64,000 bases of DNA, taken from positions 1 through 64,000 of the forward strand of contig JBHGNT010000147.1 in NCBI GenBank assembly GCA_043228905.1. Reading direction: 5' to 3'. Of the stretch, positions 53,607-64,000 are shown piece after piece. Source of the DNA: Azolla caroliniana (Eukaryota; Plantae; Polypodiophyta). The notes beneath the pieces are model-generated. The model was given only the letters and a program-made list of their open reading frames with translations, was not told where the DNA came from and ran no database searches. The position numbers and the translations under genes are program-made. The number at the start of each line of letters is the position of its first letter. Within the stretch, counting starts at the first letter, position 1.

Positions 53607-54449
53607 GCACAGTCATTTTCTAGTTGATCATCGCCCTTCTTCTTTGTCGTATACAACACGACTTTTTTCTTGGACTTGACGTACTATAGAAACCATTCCT
53701 TGTTTGTTAGATCACCGCTAGGAAGGTCCTCACCACCAGTGGCAACTAACATTTTCTTTTGGCTAATTCCGTCTGATGGTTGAGATTTTGTCTCCTCGTT
53801 GGAGAGAAGTTTTTTTCCTCTCTTCATGTTCTGAGGAACTATTTGTTTCTGGGTCTCAATTGGAGAGCCTTGAATTCGGAGCTTTATTTTCTTCACAGGT
53901 CGGTTTGACAAGTTCTCAAACAACCTATTTAAGAAAGGACGTGCGAAAATATATGTTAGTTGGTTGCCTAGATTAAGGTTGCATATTAAAATATACATGA
54001 ACAGACCAAGACAAAAACTAGCAAGCGATTTGTGCTAAACTCTAAATATCAATCATACTTTTTGTGAACATGATAGACCTTTATTGTGAATTTAAATCTA
54101 GTAAGGGCTATTCAACTTCGAATATTATATATCTTAATAATTTTACAAGGATATGTATCATATTGGAGGGTAGGTATGGTTTATATTGATTCCATATCCC
54201 ATATTGTTGAGAATTTTAATACGATAGATTTGAATTTGGTATCATAAAGGTAATTTGTGGGTTTTTTTCTATTATTTTAAGCTATTATAGGTCATAAAAA
54301 CTATTTCAATAAGGGCGCTAAATGTTACAAAATGTAGCAAATGAAACTAAAAAAGTCTGAATTGGACATAAAATTGGTATCTTTTCACACATATATCAAT
54401 ATGTTCCCCCAAAGACACAATATTCCTCTATAAAGTTTGTGTTTTATAC

Positions 54450-54631
54450 AAGAACTCGATACGCCGTATTGAGTTCCTATATAAAACACAAACTTTAAAC
54501 AGGAACTCGATACGGCGTATCGAGTTCCTGTATAAAGCGGGGGATTTAAACAGGAACTCGATACGTCGTATCGAGTTCCTATTTAAAGTTTGTGTTTTAT
54601 ACCGGAACTCGATACGCCGTATCAAGTTCTT
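54450..54631. repeat. Array of four 29-bp palindromes (AGGAACTCGATACG-N-CGTATCGAGTTCCT) with 51-bp period
   Basis: Units start at 54450, 54501, 54552 and 54603; 22-bp spacers, with AAAGTTTGTGTTTTATA recurring in both orientations. Confidence 0.95.
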
Positions 54632-54839
54632 GAGTGCTAGAACATATTTACAAAAATGTTCGTACTACCAATTGCTTACCTGGATTCTTGGTGCTCGCTC
54701 TTCTTCGAAGCCATGATTCTCGTCGTCGATGATTACGGGGAGATGACGATTTGGTGTTGCGTGCTCTGGCTTGTTTGTGCTCTGTGTGCTTGTGTGCTCT
54801 GTTCTGCACGTGAGTGGTTGCGAAATGAGGGGGTCTTCC

Positions 54840-54847
54840 TATTTATA
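54840..54847 (-). promoter_or_regulatory. Putative TATA box of the ParB-MTase gene
   Basis: Minus-strand CCTATAAATAGG about 130 nt upstream of the ATG at 54714. Confidence 0.5.
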
Positions 54848-55532
54848 GGGATTGACCACACAGTTACTTTAACCAGGGTTGGTAAGCTTAAGGTTAGTTA
54901 GTTAGATCTAAGAAAGAGTTTCTTTGACCTTAGGACACTTTTTTCTTAGACCTTAGTAAGTACACTTTATTTAGTACATAATCTTGATTGTACCAATGAC
55001 CCTTTAATGGATTTGAATTAAATGATGCTTATGAATGAATTAATGATTAAATACTCAAACTAGCATATTAATGATTATTTTATACTCAAACTAACATAAA
55101 ATGCCTTTAAAGGTCATAAAGAAAACAATGATAGAGGTTCATGAATGAACCAATGATTGAATGCTCAAAGCAACATTTTTATGACTCTCTAATGTTTTGT
55201 ATTAAAGATGTGGCCATGAATGAACCAATGGTGGGCATGATTGAACCAATGATTGAGAAGTTCTATATTAAATATGGGTGCCATTACTTAACCAATGATT
55301 TTAACTTTAAACCAACATATATTTGGCTTGGTAATGATTGTAAATATATTATACTTGATGGTTAAAGTAAATTTAATTTAAATTATATATTATAGGATTA
55401 ATAAGGTATAAAATATAATTGATTCGACTTTATACTAACTAGTTTAAGTAATTATTAATATGTTTAATAAATTTATTATACTAAAAATAATATCTTTATT
55501 TATTGTATTAATATAATATTAAATAATATAGA

Positions 55533-58500
55533 TGTTGAGAGACAAGCTCAACATCGGCCGGATCGGTTGAAGAAGCCGAGGACCGGATCAGTTGGGACGG
55601 ATCGGTTAGGTCGTTAGGAAAGATATTCCGTGAGGAATATATTTGGGAGTTAGTGTAGGGGCTCTTAATGAGCATTGAAGTACTGTCAGTACTTCGGTCA
55701 GTCCTTCTAGGACTTGTATAAAAGTGCTCACTGAGCACGTCTTATGTACAGAGATTGAGTATTATTGTGAAATATAGTTTTTTGTGTTTCTCTCTCTGTC
55801 TCTCCCGCGTATACCGTGTAAGTCCAAGCTCTCCATTAAACCTGTGTTTCCTTCCTCTGTTCTGTCTTCAAACCTGCTTCCGCACGCTACTTTCTACATG
55901 GTATCAGAGCGCGAGGGTTGAGAACCTCTCTGCAGCCGACACAGCTTGACGAAGAAGAACAAGAAGAACGATGGATAGAGGCATGGCGAGCTCGCTTCCA
56001 ATAGAGAAGCTCGACAGAACCAACTACGCGTCTTGGTCCTACAAGATGCACCAGTACCTGCTCGGGCATGGCTACTGGAGTTATGTCGAAGGAGCTAATG
56101 ACGCGGCACCCAAATCGACACAGAGAGACTTTCCGTCGTGGGAGCAATCAGCGAGCAGGGTACTATACTGCTTCGCGTCGTGTGTGGGCGAACAGCTATT
56201 GAGCTATGTTCGGGAAAATCTGAAGAAGATCTGAAGAAGATCTTCCCCGCGAGCACCATAGCCAGGAAGCTTAAGCTTCGACAGGAGTTGAGCAACCTAT
56301 GACAACGCGACTTGTCGGTGGCGGACTATACCTCGAAGATCAAGGATATCTGCGACTCCCTCGCCTCCATAGAGGTGAACATCGAGGAGAGCGAGATGGT
56401 CCAGATCTATCTCGGAGGTTTGGCGTCGAAGTTCGGAGCGTTCCGAACGGTTGTGTGTACCCGGGAGAATACGTCGTCCTTTTTCGACTTACAGTCGATG
56501 CTCTTGGTAGAGGAGAACCACGCGGGTGCGTCGACAAGCACGCACACCGACAACAAGATGTTGTACACGGAGGGAGAAAGGCCCCATGGTCGTGGCGGAC
56601 GAGGCGAGTCGGTACGCAATGGAAGCGGTCGACAAGATCAAGGAGGAAGGCACCGATGTGATGCCAACAGCAACTCTGGACCCTCCGGAAACAGGGGGAG
56701 TCAAAGCGATGAGAACCGGCAAGGGAAGGCCATAGCGGAGTGCTGGTACTGTGGCAAGAAAGGCCACAGGGAAAGCGAGTGCTGGAAGAAGCGCGCCGAT
56801 TCGAAGAGAACTGGTCCTGGGAACGACTCCAGACATACCGACAAGGGAAATCGGCAGTGATCGCACTACGCCAAAGACTCCGGGAGAGCTGGAGAAGGGT
56901 CTGTCTTCGTGACGAGACACGAAGCAAACTCAATGAAACAGAGCACCCCGAGATCGGACGAGGTGTGGTACGTAGACTCCGGCGCGTCAAACCACATGAC
57001 GAGCCATAAGGAGTGGTTCTCGTACCTTGAGAAACCGATACAACCGGGAGTAGTCTCAACAGGAGACGACACTCCGCATCCGATCGCGAATGTCGGAGAA
57101 GTTCCCCTTAGCCATGTCGGGCAGAAAGGGAAACTCAAGAACGTGTTGCACGTTCCGACAATCACAAAGAACTTGGTCTCGGTCGGACAGATCGTCGACC
57201 AAGGGATGGAGGTTCGGTTTACACACCTCGGGTGCTTCATTGAGGAAGAAGGCCGTGTGATTGCGCAAGGGCGCAGAGACGGGAGGATGTTCATCCTCGA
57301 CTCCACTGACGGCGGCACCGCAATGTTCACGAAGGGACAAAAGACCGAGTCGGACATCGACTTGTGGCACAAGCGGATAGGCCACGTCAACTACCAGCGG
57401 CTTCAAGGTCTGCAAACGAAACAGGTAGTGTTCGGTTTGCCCAAATTTAGTGGCCGAAAGGCACAAGTTTGTGAAGCCTACCAGCTTGGGAAGCAACACC
57501 GACTTCCCTTCCCCAACGAGCGAAACCGGAGCCGGAACAAGCTCGACCTTATACACTCCGATGTATGGGGGCCGGCACAAAACGTTAGTCTTGGCGGGAG
57601 CCGATATTTCGTCTCCTTCATCGACGACCACACGCGGCACACGTGGATCTACCTCATTGAGAGGAAGAGCGAAGTCTTTGACTGTTCGTGGAATCCGAAA
57701 CGGGACGGAAGATCAAGTGTCTGCGGTCGGATGGCGGGAAAGAGTACTTTTCCGGTCAATTCAACGGTTATCTACAACAAATGGGAATTCGGCGCGAATT
57801 CAGTTGTAGATACACGCCAGAGCAGAACGGCGTGGCCAAGAGAAAGAATCGGTCGATTGTGGAAGCGGCACGGGCAATGCTGGAGGAGAAGAGCTTGCCC
57901 AAGTTCTACTGGGCCGAGGCGGTAAGGACCGCGGTATACATCTAGAACCGGATTGGAGACAAAGTGTCGGCGCACGAGCTATATTTCGAAACGAAGCCGA
58001 ACTTGCGACTCTTGAGGGTGTTCGGTAGCATTGCGTATGTGCATGTACCGAAGGAGAAAAGGAGGAAGCTAGACGCAAAGGCCGAGAAGTGCATCTTGGT
58101 CGGTTACTCGGACGGGCAGAAGGGTTATAAGTGCTATAACCCTCGCACCAAACAAGCGCGTGTCAACCGCGACGTTGTTTTTGACGTGTCCACGTCCTGG
58201 TACCTACCCTTGCCTCGGAACCCTGACTCCAATACGAGCTCTGACAATGAGGTCAGCGAGGCCGAGATGCCTCCGGATGAGCCCGAAATCGAGACCCGCG
58301 AAGAGAGTCCGATTTCACTCCGGTTAAGTGGACCGATTGGACGACTGAGTTGGTACGACCAGTCCGATGAAGAGCCGGCGAGTAGTGAAGACTCGACCAT
58401 GCATTCCCCGCGCAGGAAGCCGAGGAGACGGCTTACGCGCAAAGAGAAAGGGAAGAAGAAGGTGTCGGATTCCGGCACGGATAGGAACAAGTTAGACCGA

Positions 58501-61164
58501 CGCGAGTCCGACTCTGAGGGAACCGGTGACGGGTCTTTGAAGGTGAAGACCGTGTCGGCCGAGAAGGCCTCGACATCGGCTGATGTGAGATTACGCCGAT
58601 CTACCCCTCAATAGAACCCAGTTGTGCGGTTCGGATACAATGAGTACATGGCGCATCATTATGCGTACATGACCCGTGTAGCGGAAGTGCGTGAGCCGGA
58701 GAGCTACGCAGAAGCGGCGAAGGACGCGAATTGGCGCGTCGCGATGGAGGAAGAGATGCACGCATTGGCGGAGAACGAGACCTGGGACCTGGTTGACGCA
58801 CCGAAGGGTGTGAAGCCGATCGGGTGTAGGTGGGTGTACAAGGTCAAGTACAACACCGATGGCTCGGTTAACCGGTACAAGGCTCGGCTAGTGGCAAAGG
58901 GCTATGCGTAGAAACATGGCATCGACTACGATGAGACGTTTGCGCCGGTCGCGAAAATGACGACTGTCCGTGTTTTGCTGGTAATAGCCGCGGCCAAGGG
59001 GTGGCACTTACATCAGATGGATGTAAAGAATGCGTTCCTGCAAGGTGACCTTGAGGAACAGGTGTACATGGTACAACCCCCCGGATTTCACTCCGGCACG
59101 AACTCCTCGGCAATATGCCGACTGAAGAAGTCCCTTTACGGACTGAAGCAAGCCCCGTGTGCCTGGAACACGAAGATAACGCAACAACTGCGTCGGATGG
59201 GCTTCGTCACGTCAAAATCAGACTCTTCCCTGTTCATCCGGAAAGGTCGACTCGAACCGGTTAGTATTTTACTGTATGTTGATGACTTGGTCATCACCGG
59301 CGCCGACCTAGGTGAAATCGACCGCGTGAAGCTCCAGCTTGCGGCATCGTTCGACATGAAGGATCTGGGGGACCTTCATTACTTCCTCGGGATCGAAGTG
59401 ATCCGTACCCCCGAAGGCATATTGATTAGCCAACGTCATTACGTGCTGAGTATGCTCTTCAAGCTCGGGATGGCCGACTGTAAGTCCGTCTCGACTCCTC
59501 TGGATAGAACCGTGAAGCTTCATCCCGATACGGGAAAGGAATGCGACCCGACGAGGTTCCGACAAATTGTCGGAAGCCTCATATACTTGACCATCACCCG
59601 ACCCGACCTCAGTTATCCGGTCGGGGTGATCAGTCAGTTCATGGCGCGACCTACCGAGGAGCACCTTCAGTGTGCGCAACGCATACTTCGGTATGTCAAC
59701 GGCACTAAGGATCGGGGACTGCTATATCGGACTGGTGCAGCCGCACAGTTAGTCGGCTACACCGATGCTGATTGGGCTGGCAACGCCACCGATCGCCGAT
59801 CCACGTCTAGATACACGTTCTCCCTCGGGAGTGCCTCGATCGCGTGGAGCAGTAAGAAGCAGCCGACAGTTGCACTGTCGAGCACCGAAGATGAGTACCG
59901 AGGAGCAGCTGTCGCGACATGCGAAACCATATGGTTGAAGCAGCTACTTAAGGACCTGCAAGAGGAGGTGTCTAATCCAACGACGATCTACTGCGACAAC
60001 CTCAGCAGCATCCAACTCGCGAAGAACCCCGTCTTTCACGTACGGACCAAGCACATTGAGGTGCACTACCACTTCGTCCGTGAGCGTGTCCTTTCCGGTG
60101 AAGTCGAACTTCAGTACGTTCCGACGGATCGGCAGGCTGCCGACATCTTCACCAAGCCTCTTGGTCTGGACAAGTTGCGGCAATTCTCAGTTGCGCTCGG
60201 GTTGCGTCACCTTGACGTGCCGAACTTGAGGGGGAGAACAGTCCCGAACGACCAAGCAAGGCAGCAGGAAAGGAGCGGTGACCATGACACCGAGTCGTTT
60301 GACTCGTTTGTTGACTCGGCTGAAGACGGATCGGCTGAAGAAGCCGAGGGCGACTTCGGATCGGCTGAAGAAGCCGAGGACGGACCCGCGGAGAAGTTCA
60401 AAAGCGGACAGAAGGGGAGCAGCCGAAGGAGAGAGCCGAAGCCAACCACGGATAGGGGAGATGACGCCATTGAGGGCGAGAAAACCGAAGACGAGTTGGA
60501 GACAGCCAACTCGGACGAGAGCGAAAACCGATCGGAGGTAGCCGAGTCGGTTCGGATGTTTGATTTAGATAAGCTGAATCAACCGAGGCCCAAGCGGAAG
60601 AAAAGGCAGCAGAAGAAGCGTCAACACCGCAACAGCAGAAGAGCTGATAAAGGCCGCATAAGCATACAAGCCGACCGGAAAGGTCAAAGCGCGCGGAGAC
60701 GAACAGGTCGAGGAGCGCGAGCGAGGCGTGAAGCCAGGAGGAACCGGAGCCGTGAGCTCGAGGATTCCGAAGAGCCTCGAGTTGAGCTTGAGGGGGAGTG
60801 TTGAGAGACAAGCTCAACATCGGCCGGATCGGCTGAAGAAGCCGAGGACCGGATCGGTTGGGACTGATCGGTTAGGTCGTTAGGAAAGATATTCCGTGAG
60901 GAATATATTTGGGAGTTAGTGTAGGGGCTCTTGATGAGCATTGAAGTACTGTCAGTACTTCAGTCAGTCCTTCTAGGACTTGTATAAAAGTGCTCACTGA
61001 GCACGTCTTATGTACAGAGATTGAGTATTATTGTGAAATATAGTTTTTTGTGTTTCTCTCTCTATCTCTCTCGCGTATACCGTGTAAGTCCAAGCTCTCC
61101 ATTAAACCTGTGTTTCCTTCCTCTGTTCTGTCTTCAAACCTGCTTCCGCACGCTACTTTCTACA
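55533..61164 (+). mobile_element. Full-length Ty1/copia 'H'
   Basis: 366-bp LTRs at 55533-55898 and 60799-61164 (about 7 substitutions by eye); perfect TSD ATAGA; PBS TGGTATCAGAGC at 55899; PPT TTGAGGGGGAG; gag-PR-INT-RT-RH. Confidence 0.97.
55971..60804 (+). pseudogene. copia H gag-pol with extended charged C-terminal tail
   Basis: IEKLDRTNYASW, CWYCGKKGHRESEC, WYVDSGASNHM, LWHKRIGH, RSDGGKEY, LLYVDDLVI, IYCDNLSSI, ADIFTKPL; the ORF then continues ~190 aa into the LTR. Confidence 0.93.
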
Positions 61165-61270
61165 ATAGACATAATTTATATTGAGGGAGTTTATGTTTAG
61201 AGAGGATCTTATTAGTTTTTTATATTAGCCCAAGCACATAACTTGAAGAGCTCTATGTGGACCTTAAGCC

Positions 61271-63922
61271 ATGAGTGAAGACTCACCGTTCTTGATTGAA
61301 GAATATTGTTTGTCATCAGACTTTGCCTTTTCCATTGAAAAGTATTGTCTTTTAACAGACTCACCATTTTCTATTGAAGAATAATGTCTGTCGACAGACT
61401 CACCCATTTCTATCGAAGAGTATTGTCTGAGCTCATCTTCACCTACAACACATGTGAATAATGACACATGTGAAGAGTTCTCTATTGAAGTATACAATAT
61501 TAATAAAGATACGGAGAATGAAGGTAGTGCCAATGAAACATCGAATATCATGGGTGATGGTCACAACAAAGAATTGGATTGTAACAAGGTTACCCCAACT
61601 TCTATACAGGAAGAGAAATCTGGAAGCCCTATGCATATTAGAAGAATCCCATGTAGAATTCGTCTAGCCAGATTTAACTTGGTGACATCAGATAAGCAGA
61701 TTGGATTTGATGTCAACAAAATATGTTTTGCCCGTGGTTGTATGTCTATGATTGGAAAATCAAAGTTGTGAGAATTAAGGCATAATATTTTTCGATGACT
61801 ATTGATGACCAAGACACTTACCTCGGGTCACATATGCAACTAGTGTCTGACAAATGTACGGGGATCAAATAAATAGGTTCCAAGTATTAAAGGTGCAATT
61901 GGAAGACATGCTATTGGTTGGATAAAAAGTTACTTTCAGTTAAATTGTGAGGTAATGCCCACTACAGGTAGGATGCACGTCTCTGATAATTACACACGTC
62001 GGGAAGTTAATGATGTCTATCGATCAAATATGGTGGGCTCACGTAATAAATCTGTCACATATAGCCAATTCACAAGATTATGGAGAGCTCGGTTTTCAAA
62101 TGTTATCATTCTGCATAAAGTACGCATGGGGTATTGCTCCATTTGTGCAAATCTTAAAAGTTTGGCTAAGGTGCAAAGACATCAATGGAAAAGGATATCA
62201 TTAAGAAGTTACTACAGGAGCATCGTGAGGCACAATCATTAGAATGAAAGAAGGTGATGCATCATAGAGAGAAGTGTTTGAAGAGGCCCGAATAATACAT
62301 GTGCTTAACGATAGATGGCATGGACCAGAAGAAGACGTGCTTGCCGCATATGCAGAGGCTCCCCAAAGACATCAATGATGAGTGCCTTGTTCAAATGCAC
62401 TTGGTGGGATGCTTGGCTTATAATAGGTCTGTTGGACCTCACATCTTCATTACATACCCCAATGTTCACAATGACCCTAACCTAACAGTTACAGTGATTC
62501 ACCAAGTTTTGATGTCTTGGGGCCAACCGTTCCCCCCTGTTCTATACATTCAATAGGACAATACTACTAGAGAGAACAAAAATTCAACTATGTTTGGCTA
62601 TCTAAGTATGTTGGTCAACCAAGGATTGTTTAGAAAAGTGAAAGTCAATTTTCTTTTGGTTGGCCACACACATGATCATATAGATAAGATATTTAGCACA
62701 TTCTCTAGACAGTTGTCTCGGCATGATGCTTTCACATTACCAAAACTATTTGATGTAATTTGTGATGCATACACACCACGCCCAAAAGTGTTACACTTGA
62801 AGGAGGTATATGACTTTAAGAGATATATATTAGATGGGGGTGTTGGGAATGTTAAAGTGCTCGCCCAATTAAACAATATAAGATTCAATCACATTTTTAT
62901 GATAAAGAAAAATGAAATAAGTGGTTCTACGCTTTTGTATGCTAAACAATATTCATCTTCTACAACATGGGAACCTGAAAGGTGGTTTCCAGTTATTACT
63001 TTGTATGCCGAGTACAGTTGTCCATGGAGCTAAATAAATGCCAATTGAGAAGAAAGGATAGTTGCATAGTGACTTGGTATCGGAACAAAAACAATTATGG
63101 CTCCAAGCCTTAGAAGAAAAAAGAAAGCATATTGAGGCCGCAAAGAAATATGCCGCACAACAAGACACATCATGGTGGGATGTATTTTTCAGTGATCAGA
63201 AAGGAATTATAGACAATTGTGTATTTGGTGATAATTGGAATTTGGAAATGCCATTCACATGGTCGCTACAACATGATCGTGTAAATAAAACTCCGGAGCA
63301 ACCAACAAATGCGATTAATGACAGTTTGGTCCATCCACAACAAAGAGACATTTATGTGGGACCAAGGATGACCAAAGCAGCCGAAGCTAGATGGCAAGGC
63401 AATTTGCAAGAGCTCACGGTGGGGATGTTGATTGCAACACCGGCTGATGAGAACTCACATGGCCACCAATTTTGGGTTGGTAAAATTCTAGAAGTGCTAA
63501 TGCATGAAATAGAAAACACGATCAAGTCTATAAACGTTCATTGGTACAACACTAGAAATGCAAATGCTTTTACGGTTAAGTATACATTGGAGAGGATTGA
63601 ATGCCCAACGACAAGGGGAAGTAGGAAGAGGAAGCGAAACATTCGTAACACCTCGAACCTTGATATCTCTGATGTGGATATCATCGTGTACGACTTCACG
63701 CTTACAAAAGCCGGACGATTAAGGAAGTCAACAATAGATATAATAAAAGAAAAATTACTAGGTCTACAAGGTGGCTCGAGTCGAAGGCAAACGAGATCTG
63801 CTACATATAATCTAGAGTCAAACCATTTGGTTTATGACGAAGATAATGCACTGATTGGTACATCTGTGGATGACGAGGAGGAATCGTCATTGTATATTAG
63901 TTATAGTAGCGATTCTCCGTAA
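61271..63922 (+). pseudogene. Sola1-like DDD cut-and-paste transposase (DUF7869-like), disrupted
   Basis: YSQFTRLW..RF...CSIC, catalytic-type motifs TIDGMDQKK, LYIQ*DNTTRENKN and FLLVGHTHDHIDKIFS; C-terminal FWVGKI...INVHWY module; stops and frameshifts. Superfamily assigned from remembered motif similarity only. Confidence 0.75.
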
Positions 63923-64000
63923 AGGAGTGATCATGAATGTATTTTTGGCTATTAAGTGTAACTACATTCCGCTTGTAACAAATCGAGTAAAAGTAAAGGA

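Larger units (their letters stand above)
50052..54714 (-). pseudogene. Intron-containing ParB/Srx-like domain + beta-class N4C/N6A DNA methyltransferase fusion (~970 aa reconstructed)
   Basis: Exons 54714-54680, 53924-53607 joined to 52954-51638, 51561-51423, 51340-50874, 50785-50493 and 50401-50052 total 2919 nt with consistent splice phases. Motifs: ParB-like HVQNLKKKM...VPFIVMVD...YFVIGGSHS.EA; MTase ICGDVVDMI, motif IV ADIPYG, LAWIK, NPYQKP, motif I DLFSGT(G)TT, RNTVALEKD. Four in-frame stops and a mutated last acceptor. Confidence 0.85.
50052..64000. mobile_element. Putative large Sola1-like DNA transposon carrying ParB-MTase cargo (ends not located)
   Basis: Divergent MTase and transposase genes with similar decay, about 0.9 kb apart once copia H is removed. 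TIRs and TSD not seen. Confidence 0.55.

Noticed and set aside
54450-54631. CRISPR array (29-bp palindromic repeats with 22-bp spacers)
   Set aside because: Spacers are mostly reused or inverted copies rather than unique, there are no cas genes, and the context is a eukaryotic intron.
50052-54714. Bacterial or phage contamination as the source of the MTase
   Set aside because: The gene has spliceosomal introns, contains a plant solo LTR, and is flanked by plant retroelements.
56340-57640. Long antisense ORFs in copia H (and similar ones in B and E)
   Set aside because: Shadow ORFs opposite GC-rich gag-pol, with no independent motifs.

Overview
Plant repeat-dense region, most likely from a bryophyte/moss (inferred from the Tcn1-type chromovirus and short GT-AG introns). 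No intact host gene is evident. Most of the window is a nest of decayed transposable elements. There are six Ty1/copia insertions from three families plus an older copia relic, a young Tcn1-type chromovirus (3142-8909), an Athila-like Ty3/gypsy with an extra 3' ORF, two solo LTRs, two LINE fragments and hAT-type ends including a MITE. The standout is at about 50-64 kb. A six-exon minus-strand gene of about 970 codons (54714->50052) encodes a ParB/Srx-like domain fused to a prokaryote-type beta-class amino-(N4C/N6A) DNA methyltransferase (DIPY ... NPYQKP ... DLFSGT). Its frame is restored once a solo LTR is removed from exon 2. It lies head-to-head with a Sola1-like DDD transposase (61271-63922), separated by an AT-rich spacer of about 0.9 kb into which a copia element later inserted. 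Intron 1 holds four 29-bp palindromes at an exact 51-bp period. Together these suggest a DNA transposon carrying its own DNA-modification system, pseudogenised in this copy. All calls are by eye, with no database searches.
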